Assembly: GCA_035473115.1 (NCBI GenBank)
Contig: DATION010000007.1
Location: 41,734-105,733 of the forward strand
From: Candidatus Udaeobacter sp.
GTDB taxonomy: Bacteria; Patescibacteriota; Patescibacteriia; Magasanikbacterales; GWA2-37-8
DNA length: 64,000 nt
Direction: 5' to 3'
The notes beneath the pieces are model-generated. The model had not been told where the DNA came from, made no database searches, and saw nothing but the letters and a program-made list of their open reading frames with translations. Positions 10,342 to 20,327 of this stretch are shown in pieces. Made by a program: the position numbers and the translations under genes. The stretch's first letter is position 1. Every line of letters begins with the position of its first letter.

Positions 10342-13300
10342 ATGAAGAAATCTGTTCAATATAATCCAAAAAAAATAGAAAAAAAGTGGCAAAAATATTG
10401 GGAAACCAACAAGACTTTTGAAGTAACTGAAGATAAAACAAAAGATAAGTTTTATTCGCTAATTGAGTTCCCTTACCCAAGCGGCGAAGGCTTGCACGTC
10501 GGTCATCCGCGGCCGTTTACCGCTATGGATGTAGTTTCCCGCAAAAAAAGGATGGAAGGCAAAAATGTTTTGTTTCCAATCGGTTTTGATTCTTTTGGTC
10601 TGCCCACCGAAAATTACGCTATCAAAACCGGACAGCCTCCGGCAAAAGTTACCAAGAAAAATATTGCCAACTTTACCCGTCAGCTAAAAATGCTCGGTTA
10701 TAGTTTTGATTGGTCGCGCGTGGTTGATACTTCTGATCCAAAATATTATAAATGGACCCAGTGGCTGTTTTTGCAATTTTTTAAACATGGCTTGGCTTAC
10801 AAAAAAAATCAACCGATAAATTGGTGTCCAAAAGATAAAATCGGTCTGGCCAACGAAGAAGTGGTAAATGGCTGCTGCGAACGCTGCGGTACGGCTGTGG
10901 AAAAAAGAAATAAAGAGCAATGGATGCTGGCAATCACCAAGTATGCCGATAAACTTTTAGATGGTTTAAATGATGTAGATTACATTGATCGCGCCCGAGT
11001 GCAGCAGGAAAATTGGATCGGCAAAAGCGAAGGAGCGGAAATTGTTTTTCCACTGCGCATGATCCCGGGCCAGTCAGATGACAAACATTCGGTAAAAGTA
11101 TTTACTACCCGGCCGGATACAATTTTTGGCGCAACTTTTATTGCCATTTCTCCGGAGCTGGCCAAAAAATGGCTAGAAGTTGGCTGGCAAACAAATGATA
11201 AAGTAAAAAAATATATTGAAGAAACCATATTGCTGCGCGCTGCCGTAACCGACAGAGAAGAAAAAGCTAAAACTGGAATTGATACGGGTATTAAAGCTGT
11301 AAATCCGGTTAATAACCAAGAGGTTCCGGTTTGGATTACCAATTATGTTTTGGGTGATTTTGGCACGGGCGCAATTATGGGCGTGCCGGCGCATGATGAG
11401 CGTGATGGTGATTTTGCCAAAAAATTTGATTTGCCAATTACGGAAGTAATTCAATTAAAAGAAAACAAAACTAAGCATTTGATTTTTGATTTTGATGGAG
11501 TAATTGGCGACACTTGGGAGGCTGGGATTGAAACCAGAATAAAAATGGGAGATGTAAAAAACAGAGAAGAGGCGATTGAAGCTAATAATTTATATTTTAA
11601 TAGAAAACCGGTTCATACCAAGAATCATAATTTAACCGAAGAAGAAATGAAGGGTCTTCACTTATGGATGCAGAGGTATGGTGAAATTATGGCCAAAACC
11701 ACCTTTCCTTTGTTTGACGCTTTTATTAGCGAAATAAAAAAGATTCCCAATACAAAAATTGCTGTTATTTCTGCTGGTTCCGGACTTTATATGAGAGAGC
11801 GCAGTGCTAACAGTGGACTAAATCCTACTCATGTTCTTTCTTTTGAAGACCATCACTCCAAAGAAGAAAAAATTGAACAGGTCTGCAAAGACTGGGGAGT
11901 AAACATAAAAGATATATATTATTTTACCGATTCCAAAGCTGATGTTTACGAATTGGAAGGCTGTATGGATCAAAAAAAATTAATCGGCTGTGCTTGGGGT
12001 TATTGCGGCTATGATGCCTTACGTGAATTGTTGCCGGAAAATCAAGTTTTAAAGGAAGCCAAAGATATAAGCAAACTTTTTGCTCAGGAAAAATTGGTGG
12101 AAAAAGAAGTTATGGTTAATTCTGATTTCTTAAATGGTTTATCTGTTACCGAAGCCAAAGAAAAAGTTATTTCTTGGCTGAAAGAAAAAAGTTTTGGTAA
12201 GGGCCAAACCCAATACAAACTGCGCGATTGGGTATTTTCTCGTCAGCGTTATTGGGGTGAACCGATTCCATTGGTATTTTGCGAAAATTGTAAAAATAAA
12301 AAACAAAAAGTTCTAATGATCCATGGTTTTGAATCATCGGGCGATAATATTTGGTTTCCGTGGATGAAGAGTGAATTAGAAAAAAATGGCTACGAAGTTT
12401 TTGCGCCGACTGTCAGGAATCCAAATCATGGCAGTGTGAAAGATTGGGTTGCTGACTTGCTTCCTTATATGGAACAGCTTGACGAAAACGATGTTATCAT
12501 CGGACATAGTTTGGGCAGTAAAGCTGCTTTGCACTTGTTAGAAAAAACTGGTAAAAAAATTGGGCATTTATATTTGGTAGCTTCGGCTATCGGTACTATC
12601 CAGAATAGAGATTGGGATGAGCTGCGAGCTAAATGGCCAAAATCTGATATTGATTCTTTGCAAGCTTTTTGGCATGCGCCGGTTGATTATAAGAAAATTT
12701 CCAAATTGGTTAGAAGTATTAATTTAATCCGATCTAGCGACGATAAGAATATTCCTGCTTCTACTCACACAGATTTGCCGCCAGGCTGGCTGGTGCAAAC
12801 CTGGAATGGTTTTGGCCATTTCATGCACTTGGAAATACCGGAATTATTGCGCGAAATTTTAACTAGTAAAAATACCGGCTGGATTCCTTTGCCTGAAAGT
12901 GAATTGCCGCTTAAATTGCCAAAAGTAGAAAAGTATCAGCCGACCGATAATGGTGAATCGCCTTTGGCTGCCATGGAAAAGTGGGTTAATACCAAATGTC
13001 CGCAATGCGGTGGTTCGGCCAAACGAGAAACTGATACAATGCCAAATTGGGCCGGATCAAGCTGGTATTCTTTGCGTTACGCCGATCCGCACAACGACCA
13101 AGAATTTGCTTCTCAAGAAAAATTAAATTACTGGGCTCCGGTAGATTGGTACAATGGTGGAATGGAACATGTGGTTTTACATCTTTTGTATTCTCGTTTT
13201 TGGAATATATTTTTGCATGATATCGGACTAGTGCCGCATTCCGAACCGTATGCCAAACGCACCGCCCATGGAATGATCCTGGCCAAAGGCGGAGAAAAAA

Positions 13301-13962
13301 TGTCTAAATCCAAAGGCAATGTTATCAATCCGGACGATATGGTTGAGCAGTTTGGCGCGGATGCACTTCGGACTTATATTATGTTTATGGGTCCGTTTGA
13401 TCAGGCCGTTGAGTGGGATATCAATGGTTTGATTGGTGTAAAACGGTTTTTGGATAAGGTTTGGAATTTGCAAAGTAAGATCGCCAAAGAAAACGAAAAA
13501 AGTTCAACTGTCAGTTTGATTGCCAAGGCGACCAAAAAAGTAACTGATTGTATTGATATGATGAAATTCAATACAGCTGTGTCAGCTTTAATGGAGCTTA
13601 GCAATGAACTTTATAAGGAAGAAAAGATTGATCTGTATGCTTATCAAAATTTTATCAAACTTCTATCTCCATTTGCGCCTCATTTGGCTCAAGAGCTTTG
13701 GGAAAAATTTGGTGATAAAAATGAATTGGTGTTTTCTTCTTGGCCTAAATATCATGAGGAAGATCTTAAAGAAGAGACTCTAACTCTGGCAGTACAAATA
13801 AATGGCAAACTACGTGATACTATTTTGGTAAGCGCAGAAATTTCCGAAGACGAAGCTAAAAAAATAGCTCTGGCCAGTGAAAAAGTCCAAAAATGGCTGG
13901 AAGGCAAAGAGCCAAAAAAAGTAATTTATGTAAAAGGAAAGTTAGTTAGCATCGTTGTTTAG
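10342..13962 (+). CDS. leuS: Leucyl-tRNA synthetase carrying two inserted domains: a HAD-like hydrolase and a YdeN/RBBP9-type alpha/beta serine hydrolase
   Basis: HIGH (HVGHPRP) and KMSKS motifs, the CP1 editing motif VPAHDERD and the return to the catalytic core (RLRDW..RQRYWGEPIP). A HAD fold (FDFDGVIGDT motif I, VISAGS, FTDSKAD) sits between ITEVIQ and NSDFLNGL. A GHSLG serine hydrolase sits between the FCENC and KCPQCGG zinc-knuckle halves. Confidence 0.85.
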   Translation: MKKSVQYNPKKIEKKWQKYWETNKTFEVTEDKTKDKFYSLIEFPYPSGEGLHVGHPRPFTAMDVVSRKKRMEGKNVLFPIGFDSFGLPTENYAIKTGQPPAKVTKKNIANFTRQLKMLGYSFDWSRVVDTSDPKYYKWTQWLFLQFFKHGLAYKKNQPINWCPKDKIGLANEEVVNGCCERCGTAVEKRNKEQWMLAITKYADKLLDGLNDVDYIDRARVQQENWIGKSEGAEIVFPLRMIPGQSDDKHSVKVFTTRPDTIFGATFIAISPELAKKWLEVGWQTNDKVKKYIEETILLRAAVTDREEKAKTGIDTGIKAVNPVNNQEVPVWITNYVLGDFGTGAIMGVPAHDERDGDFAKKFDLPITEVIQLKENKTKHLIFDFDGVIGDTWEAGIETRIKMGDVKNREEAIEANNLYFNRKPVHTKNHNLTEEEMKGLHLWMQRYGEIMAKTTFPLFDAFISEIKKIPNTKIAVISAGSGLYMRERSANSGLNPTHVLSFEDHHSKEEKIEQVCKDWGVNIKDIYYFTDSKADVYELEGCMDQKKLIGCAWGYCGYDALRELLPENQVLKEAKDISKLFAQEKLVEKEVMVNSDFLNGLSVTEAKEKVISWLKEKSFGKGQTQYKLRDWVFSRQRYWGEPIPLVFCENCKNKKQKVLMIHGFESSGDNIWFPWMKSELEKNGYEVFAPTVRNPNHGSVKDWVADLLPYMEQLDENDVIIGHSLGSKAALHLLEKTGKKIGHLYLVASAIGTIQNRDWDELRAKWPKSDIDSLQAFWHAPVDYKKISKLVRSINLIRSSDDKNIPASTHTDLPPGWLVQTWNGFGHFMHLEIPELLREILTSKNTGWIPLPESELPLKLPKVEKYQPTDNGESPLAAMEKWVNTKCPQCGGSAKRETDTMPNWAGSSWYSLRYADPHNDQEFASQEKLNYWAPVDWYNGGMEHVVLHLLYSRFWNIFLHDIGLVPHSEPYAKRTAHGMILAKGGEKMSKSKGNVINPDDMVEQFGADALRTYIMFMGPFDQAVEWDINGLIGVKRFLDKVWNLQSKIAKENEKSSTVSLIAKATKKVTDCIDMMKFNTAVSALMELSNELYKEEKIDLYAYQNFIKLLSPFAPHLAQELWEKFGDKNELVFSSWPKYHEEDLKEETLTLAVQINGKLRDTILVSAEISEDEAKKIALASEKVQKWLEGKEPKKVIYVKGKLVSIVV

Positions 13963-13967
13963 GTCTT

Positions 13968-15497
13968 ATGAAGGAGGAGCTGCAGCGCATAATTAACTCA
14001 AAAAGCAAAACGTTTCTCGCGTTTTGTTTTTGTTTTATCCTTGGTGCGTCTCTGTTTTCTTTTTTTAATAATAAAGCCTGGTTATTTTATGTGTATATCA
14101 GTTTGTTTCTAATTTTATTTTTTGCCATAATTTTTTGGCAGGATAAATATAAACGATTTTTTATTTTGTGTTTATTAGTTTTTATTTTTGGAGGTTTAAG
14201 ATTTTTAATCAGTATTCCTGCTTATAATTCATCAAGAATAGAATATTACAATGGCAATAAAATAAATTTGCAAGGTTGGGTTTCGGCCGAACCAAGTATT
14301 GGTTTAAGTGATGCCGGTTATATTATTAAAGTACTTTGCCAAGGCAGTCCATGCAATAAAGTAAACGGTAAAATAATTATCAAAACCAGACTTTATCCTC
14401 AATACAATTATGGCGATGAATTAAAAATTAGCTGTCTGTTGCAGCAGCCGGAAAATTTTACTGATAGTAATTTTAACTACCAAAAATATTTAGCCAAACA
14501 AGGCGTCTGGTCTATTTGCTTTAATCCAAAAGTTATAGCCACTGGCAACAACAAAGGAAATTTTTTATTCAAAACAATGTTTTTGCTAAAAGCAAAAATT
14601 CAAACCCAGATGGCTCGTCTTTGGCCAGAGCCGGCCAATAGTTTGATGGCTGGAGTTTTGTATGGCAGCAAAAGCGGTCTGCCGCAAAGTTTAATTGATA
14701 ATTTTACTCGCACCGGAGTTACTCATATTATTGCGGTGTCTGGCTATAATGTCAGTATCATTGTGGCCATGCTTAATATTTGTTTGATTTATTTTGGTTT
14801 GTCGCGGCGGCAATCATTTTGGTTTTTAAACTTTTTAATTTTAGCTTTTGTGTTTTTTAGCGGTGCCACGGCTTCGGTGGTGCGAGCGGGGATAATGGCC
14901 GCTATAGTTTTATTTGCTCAGTACGCAGGCAGATTATCGGCAGTCGGCAGGGTCTTGGTGTATACCGCCGTAATCATGCTGCTATTTAATCCCTATGTTT
15001 TAGTCTGGGACGCTGGTTTTCAGCTTTCATTTTTATCTACGTTCGGATTGGTATATCTGTCGCCAGTTTTACAAAATTTTGCGACAAATAAATTTAAAAC
15101 TCCAAGCTGGTTATTGTCAATCATAGAAGTTTTAGTTACTACTATCTCGGCTATAATTGCCACTCTGCCACTAATTCTTTTTCAGTTTGGCAGATTGTCA
15201 CTAGTAGCGCCGCTAGTTAATGTTTTAGTTTTATGGCTGGTGCCGTGGTTGATGCTGCTTGGTTTTATTTCCTTAATTTTAAGCTGGCTAGTTTTTCCTT
15301 TGGGGCAACTAGCCGCTTGGGTAGCTGGCTTGGGTTTAAATTATGTTATAATTATTGTCGGTTGGTTTGGCAATAAAAATTGGAGCGCAGTTAGTGTTCG
15401 GATCCCTTTATGGTTCATGTTGACTGTATATCTAGTATTAATATTTTTTCTAATCAAAAATTTATATGGCCAAAAAAGCAAAAGTTCTGTCGTCTGA
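13968..15497 (+). CDS. comEC: ComEC/Rec2 competence protein, N-terminal part (DUF4131 plus competence channel domain)
   Basis: THIIAVSGYNVSII, SVVRAGIMA and DAGFQLSF motifs of the ComEC competence domain; polytopic. Confidence 0.8.
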   Translation: MKEELQRIINSKSKTFLAFCFCFILGASLFSFFNNKAWLFYVYISLFLILFFAIIFWQDKYKRFFILCLLVFIFGGLRFLISIPAYNSSRIEYYNGNKINLQGWVSAEPSIGLSDAGYIIKVLCQGSPCNKVNGKIIIKTRLYPQYNYGDELKISCLLQQPENFTDSNFNYQKYLAKQGVWSICFNPKVIATGNNKGNFLFKTMFLLKAKIQTQMARLWPEPANSLMAGVLYGSKSGLPQSLIDNFTRTGVTHIIAVSGYNVSIIVAMLNICLIYFGLSRRQSFWFLNFLILAFVFFSGATASVVRAGIMAAIVLFAQYAGRLSAVGRVLVYTAVIMLLFNPYVLVWDAGFQLSFLSTFGLVYLSPVLQNFATNKFKTPSWLLSIIEVLVTTISAIIATLPLILFQFGRLSLVAPLVNVLVLWLVPWLMLLGFISLILSWLVFPLGQLAAWVAGLGLNYVIIIVGWFGNKNWSAVSVRIPLWFMLTVYLVLIFFLIKNLYGQKSKSSVV

Positions 15498-16071
15498 AGA
15501 AGGCTATAATTTAGCCGCTGATGTATATGATGAAAATGAAAATTATTTAAATAGCTTTGAACAAGGAGAGTTTATTCCTTTGCTTGGCGCTTTGGCCGGT
15601 AAAAAAGTTTTGGATGTCGGAGCCGGTACAGGCCGCCTATCTTTGTCTTTGGCAAGCAGAGGCGCGCAGGTTACCGCCCTGGATGTTTCACCGAAAATGT
15701 TGGAATTAGTAAAAAGAAAAAATGGCAAGATTGAAACAGTTGTTGGTGATGCGGAAAGTCTGCCTTTTGAAAACGAAACTTTTGATATTGTCACAGCCGC
15801 GTTTTTGATTGTGCATCTAAAAAATCCAACTAGGTTTTTTGATGAGGCGTATCGAGTTTTAAAGGACGGGGGAATTTTGGCTGTCACTAACATTAATCAG
15901 AAAGATCCGCCGCAAGTAAAAACAAAATCAGGCAAAATAATTATAGAATCATTTTATCACCGCCCGGAAAAAATAATAGAAATATTAGAGTCATTGGCTT
16001 TTAGTGTGGAAGAAGTTTTTGTAAAAGAAAAGGATCTTTGGATAAATCAGATTTTAGTGGCCAAGAAGTAG
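15466..16071 (+). CDS. Class I SAM-dependent methyltransferase
   Basis: Motif I VLDVGAGTGRLS; overlaps the comEC 3' end by 32 nt. Confidence 0.7.
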   Translation: MAKKAKVLSSEEGYNLAADVYDENENYLNSFEQGEFIPLLGALAGKKVLDVGAGTGRLSLSLASRGAQVTALDVSPKMLELVKRKNGKIETVVGDAESLPFENETFDIVTAAFLIVHLKNPTRFFDEAYRVLKDGGILAVTNINQKDPPQVKTKSGKIIIESFYHRPEKIIEILESLAFSVEEVFVKEKDLWINQILVAKK

Positions 16072-16098
16072 AAGCAAAAAGGTCTCATTTTAATCTCA

Positions 16099-16959
16099 AT
16101 GCTCAAAAACCGAAAAATTATTTTTATCTCCATCATAATCCTGGCTCTATTATCAGGCTGTATTTTTTATTTTTATTATTCCCAGCGCCATCCGCATAAA
16201 TTTCAGGTTACTTTTTTTGATATTGGCCAAGGTGATTCGGCTTTAATTCAATTTGGCAATGGTCAAAAAATGCTGGTAGATTGCGGGCCAGATAAAAAAA
16301 TCCTGGCCAAGTTGGGTCAGGCGCTGCCTTTTTATGACCGCACCATAGATTATGTTTTAGCTACTCATCCAGACTTAGATCATTATGGTGGCTGTGTGGA
16401 TGTTTTAAAAAAATATAAAGTCAAAGAAATTGTTATTAATGGCCGCAAAAAAGAGAATGATCCGTATTGGCGAGCATGGGACAAGGCGGTAAAAGACGAG
16501 CCGGGAGGAATTGTAAAAATTATGGATAGCCCGGAAGAATGGGTGATTGCCAGTTCTACTTTAGATTTTTTGTCTCCAGATGCTTCTTTACCTTTAGACG
16601 TGGCGGCGGCAGATAGTAATAATTATTCTATAGTTTTTAAATTAAAAAATGACCGTACAAGTTTTTTATTCACCGGCGATATGGAAGAGCCTTTAGAAAA
16701 AGCGCTTGTACAAAAATATTGTTCAACGAATTCTACTTGTTCAAAATTGCAAGCAAATATACTTAAAGTTGGTCATCATGGCAGCGGCAGTTCTTCCGGT
16801 CAGGAGTTTTTAGATTTGGTCCAGCCGCAAATAGCAGTTGTTTCAGTGGGTAAAAACAATCATTATGGCCATCCATCTCTGCGGGTATTAAAAAAATTAG
16901 AAAGAGCTGGAGCGGATATTTTGCGAACAGATAAGAGTGGAGATATTATTGAAAACTGA
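16099..16959 (+). CDS. ComEC C-terminal metallo-beta-lactamase domain encoded as a separate ORF
   Basis: N-terminal TM helix, HPDLDHYGG (HxHxDH) and KVGHHGS MBL motifs typical of the ComEC nuclease domain. Confidence 0.75.
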   Translation: MLKNRKIIFISIIILALLSGCIFYFYYSQRHPHKFQVTFFDIGQGDSALIQFGNGQKMLVDCGPDKKILAKLGQALPFYDRTIDYVLATHPDLDHYGGCVDVLKKYKVKEIVINGRKKENDPYWRAWDKAVKDEPGGIVKIMDSPEEWVIASSTLDFLSPDASLPLDVAAADSNNYSIVFKLKNDRTSFLFTGDMEEPLEKALVQKYCSTNSTCSKLQANILKVGHHGSGSSSGQEFLDLVQPQIAVVSVGKNNHYGHPSLRVLKKLERAGADILRTDKSGDIIEN

Positions 16960-16972
16960 TTAATTTGGCCTG

Positions 16973-17045
16973 GTTTGACAGGGGTGCTTTGGTATGGTAT
17001 AGTATTCTCATAAAAGAGCTTCCTTATAGGAATGCTCTTTTTTGT
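16973..17045 (+). promoter_or_regulatory. Promoter-like TTGACA-17-TATAGT followed immediately by a hairpin plus T-run, upstream of nusA
   Basis: ttgaca ggggtgctttggtatgg tatagt, then aagagcttcc-ttata-ggaatgctct followed by tttttt. Confidence 0.3.
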
Positions 17046-17092
17046 TAGCAATTTTTGTGTTATCATATTATTATTAATTTTTAGACTAATAT

Positions 17093-18304
17093 ATGTCCGA
17101 AATTACAAAAGCGATCCAATTTCTCTGTGATGAAAAAAATCTTCCTTACGAATCAGTAATGGAAGCGATAGAGTATGCTTTAGCAGCTGCTTACCGCAAA
17201 GATTTTGGCAATAAACAGCAAAATATTAAAACCAAATTTGACCCGGAAACCGGCGATATGAAAGCTTGGGATGTTAAGACTGTGGTTGAAGATATTGCTG
17301 AAGCCGAACTGGAAGCGGCTCAGGAAGAGACAACCAAACGCCGCGAACAGGCCAAAACCGAAGGTCGGGAATTAACTGAAGAAGATACTGCTGATCTGCC
17401 TCATTTTAATCCAAAAACCGAATTAATGCTCAGTGCAGCTAAAGAAATAAATAAAAAAGTTAAGGTTGGAGAAGTAATGGAAATTCCTTTGGAAATTCCA
17501 AGTGAATTTGGCCGTATGGCTGCGCAAACTGCCAAACAGGTTATTATCCAAAAAATTCGTGAAGCTGAAAGAGGGATTGTCTTTAATGATTTCAAAGGCC
17601 AAGAAGGACAATTAATGACCGGCACGATTCAACGAGCTGAAGCTCGCAAAGTATTGGTAGATTTTGGTAAAGTTACCGGTGTTTTGTTGGCCGATCAACA
17701 AATTAGCCGCGATCATTATCGTCCAGGTGCTCGCATGAAGTTTTTGTTACTGGCAGTACAGATGTCTCCGCGCGGTCCGGAAATAATTTTGTCACGCAGC
17801 GATGTTGGTATGGTGCGAGAAATTTTTAAACAAGAAATTCCCGAAATCAGCGATGGCTTAATTGAAATAAAAGGCATTGCCCGTGAAGCCGGTTTCCGCT
17901 CCAAAGTAGCGGTAGCCACTAGCGACGATTCCATTGACCCAATTGGTTCCTGTATTGGTCAGCGCGGCGGCAGAATAAATACCATCATTGAAGAATTAGG
18001 CGGCGAAAAAATAGATGTAATCAAATATAGCGATAATGCCAAAGAATATATTTCTCACGGTTTATCTCCGGCTAAAGTTTTGAGTGTTGAGTTAGACGAA
18101 GCCAATAAGACTGCTCAAGTTAGTGTTGCTCCGGATCAATTTTCTTTGGCTATCGGCCGCAACGGGCAAAATGTCCGCTTGGCCGCTCAACTTACCGGTT
18201 GGAAAATAAATGTCGTAGAAGAAGGTGGCGGTCAAAAAGTTTCCAGCGAAGAAATAAAGCCAGAAGTTGAAGTCGAAGCCGAAGCCGAAGCTGCTCAAGA
18301 ATAA
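17093..18304 (+). CDS. nusA: Transcription termination/antitermination factor NusA
   Basis: S1 domain plus two KH domains (IGSCIGQRGGRI, LAIGRNGQNVRLA); acidic C-terminus. Confidence 0.9.
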   Translation: MSEITKAIQFLCDEKNLPYESVMEAIEYALAAAYRKDFGNKQQNIKTKFDPETGDMKAWDVKTVVEDIAEAELEAAQEETTKRREQAKTEGRELTEEDTADLPHFNPKTELMLSAAKEINKKVKVGEVMEIPLEIPSEFGRMAAQTAKQVIIQKIREAERGIVFNDFKGQEGQLMTGTIQRAEARKVLVDFGKVTGVLLADQQISRDHYRPGARMKFLLLAVQMSPRGPEIILSRSDVGMVREIFKQEIPEISDGLIEIKGIAREAGFRSKVAVATSDDSIDPIGSCIGQRGGRINTIIEELGGEKIDVIKYSDNAKEYISHGLSPAKVLSVELDEANKTAQVSVAPDQFSLAIGRNGQNVRLAAQLTGWKINVVEEGGGQKVSSEEIKPEVEVEAEAEAAQE

Positions 18305-18314
18305 AATATTTTTT

Positions 18315-19058
18315 ATGTTCAAAACTATTTTGTATCAGCCGATATTTAATCTGTTTGTTTTTTTGTATAACATTCTTCCCGGACACGATGTGGGCGCGGT
18401 TATTTTGGTTATTACAATTTTGGTGCGTTTAGCGCTCTATCCGCTTACCGGATCTTCCATTAAATCTCAGCGCGCTTTGCAGGAGTTGCAGCCAAAAATG
18501 GAAGCTGTCAAAAAACAGTTTGCTGATGACAAACAAAAACAGACCCAAGCGATAATGGAATTGTATAAAACAAATAAAGTAAATCCGATCACTTCTTGTT
18601 TGCCGATGTTAATTCAATTACCAATTCTAATTGCTCTATATTCTGTTTTGCGCGATGGCTTGGCTTCAAAAAACTTAGCCAGCTCTTTGTATCCGTTTAT
18701 CAGCAATCCCGGCACTATCAACCAGATTTCTTTGCATATCTTTAATATGGCTCAGCCAAATTATATTTTGGCTGTTTTGGCCGGCGCTGCCCAGTATTTG
18801 CAGGCAAAAACTTTGAGCCGAAAAAATCCGCCAGCTAATGCCGGTGAAGGATCTAAAGACGAAGCCATGATGACTATGATGAACAAGCAGATGCTGTATT
18901 TTATGCCAATTATGACTATTATTATTGGTTTGCGTCTGCCGGCGGGTCTTACATTATATTGGTTCTTCGGTACTTTGCTTATGGCTTTACAGCAGATGGT
19001 TCTCTTCAAAAAACCAATTGCTAGTGGTAAAATCATAGAAGGAGAAATAGTTAAATAA
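18315..19058 (+). CDS. yidC: Membrane protein insertase YidC/Oxa1 (short Gram-positive type)
   Basis: CLPMLIQLPILIALY and YWFFGTLL motifs. The ATG at 18315 is preferred over the track start at 18267, which overlaps nusA. Confidence 0.8.
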   Translation: MFKTILYQPIFNLFVFLYNILPGHDVGAVILVITILVRLALYPLTGSSIKSQRALQELQPKMEAVKKQFADDKQKQTQAIMELYKTNKVNPITSCLPMLIQLPILIALYSVLRDGLASKNLASSLYPFISNPGTINQISLHIFNMAQPNYILAVLAGAAQYLQAKTLSRKNPPANAGEGSKDEAMMTMMNKQMLYFMPIMTIIIGLRLPAGLTLYWFFGTLLMALQQMVLFKKPIASGKIIEGEIVK

Positions 19059-19113
19059 ACAGAGGCGTTATTGCGTTTTTGTTGGCTATTGTGAATTATT
19101 TCACTCATTCATT

Positions 19114-19374
19114 ATGATTGTTAATCTACAAAAACTTTTGCGCCTGCCGGTTTATACCGAATCAGAAATAAAATTGGGACGAGTTTTTGATTTGGAGCTG
19201 GATGTTACTTCTCAATCTGTATTGCGCTATTTGGTCAGGCCAAATTTTTTAAGCCCTAAATCTTTTTTGATTAGCAGTTCTCAAGTTAAAGAAATTAAAA
19301 ATGACCGGATTGTTGTTTATGACGACACGCTTAAAGTTGAAGCAACAGCCGGGCAAATCGCCGCAGAAGAATAA
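19114..19374 (+). CDS. Hypothetical small protein (PRC-barrel-like?)
   Basis: 86-aa ORF following yidC; no strong motif. Confidence 0.35.
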   Translation: MIVNLQKLLRLPVYTESEIKLGRVFDLELDVTSQSVLRYLVRPNFLSPKSFLISSSQVKEIKNDRIVVYDDTLKVEATAGQIAAEE

Positions 19375-19379
19375 AATTT

Positions 19380-20327
19380 ATGTCTTCAGAACCAACGCTT
19401 CGCCAGTCGATAATTAATACTTTGGCTTATTTTGATTTAGCCGATTTTCCTCTTACCAGAGAAGAGCTTTTTTCTTGGTTGTGGCTCCCGCCAGCTTCTC
19501 TAAATTATCCTGAGTTTTTAGCGGCTTTAGATAAGCTAAAACTAGATTATAAATTTGGTTATTATTTTTTGCCCGGACAGGAAAAAATTATGGAAGAACG
19601 TCGGCAGAAATTTTTAATTTCCGCACAAAAATTAAAAATGGCTCGGTTAGCTATTAGAGTTATAAAATCAATTCCGTACCTCCGAGCTGTATTTATCTGT
19701 AACACCGTTGCTTCCGAACAAGCTGATGAAAATAGTGATATTGATTTTTTTATTATCACAGCGGCAAAACGAATCTGGATCGTGCGGTTTTTTACGAATT
19801 TAATTTTGCGCCTCTGCGGTCTGCGCACTTATGGAAAGAAAAATAAGAACAAAATTTGCTTAAGTTTTTATGTAACAGTAGAAAGTTTGAATCTGGTAAA
19901 TTTACGCATAGCCGATGATGATATCCATTTGGCATATTGGCTAAATCAGATGTTGCCGATTTTTGATCCGGATAATCTTTATGCCAAATTTTTGCAGGAA
20001 AATTCTTGGACAAAATATTACCTGCCAAATTTAGCTGCCGATAAAAATGCTTCGTATTTGCCAAAAATTTCGGAATCTTTTCTGGACAAGCTTTGGAAGA
20101 AGGCTTGGGAGAAAATGTGGCAAGGGAAATATGGCGACTTAATTAATAATCAGGTGAAAAAAATTCAATTATTGAAGATGAAATTTTCTGGTAAACCGGC
20201 TGATCACGGTATAGATAAAGGTGTAGTTATATCTGATCAAGTTTTGAAATTCCATGAAAAAGATACCAGGATTCCTTATCGCCAAGCCTGGCAACAAAAA
20301 ATTTATGAACTGGAAAAAAATATCTAA
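19380..20327 (+). CDS. Nucleotidyltransferase-fold protein
   Basis: NTase signature ...SEQADENSDIDFFII (G/S-x(n)-DxD). Confidence 0.45.
   Translation: MSSEPTLRQSIINTLAYFDLADFPLTREELFSWLWLPPASLNYPEFLAALDKLKLDYKFGYYFLPGQEKIMEERRQKFLISAQKLKMARLAIRVIKSIPYLRAVFICNTVASEQADENSDIDFFIITAAKRIWIVRFFTNLILRLCGLRTYGKKNKNKICLSFYVTVESLNLVNLRIADDDIHLAYWLNQMLPIFDPDNLYAKFLQENSWTKYYLPNLAADKNASYLPKISESFLDKLWKKAWEKMWQGKYGDLINNQVKKIQLLKMKFSGKPADHGIDKGVVISDQVLKFHEKDTRIPYRQAWQQKIYELEKNI

Noticed and set aside
10342-13962. Inteins as an explanation for the long LeuRS
   Set aside because: The inserted segments lack intein junction residues (no Cys/Ser at the N-extein junction, no terminal His-Asn followed by Cys/Ser/Thr) and instead carry HAD and Ser-hydrolase catalytic motifs.
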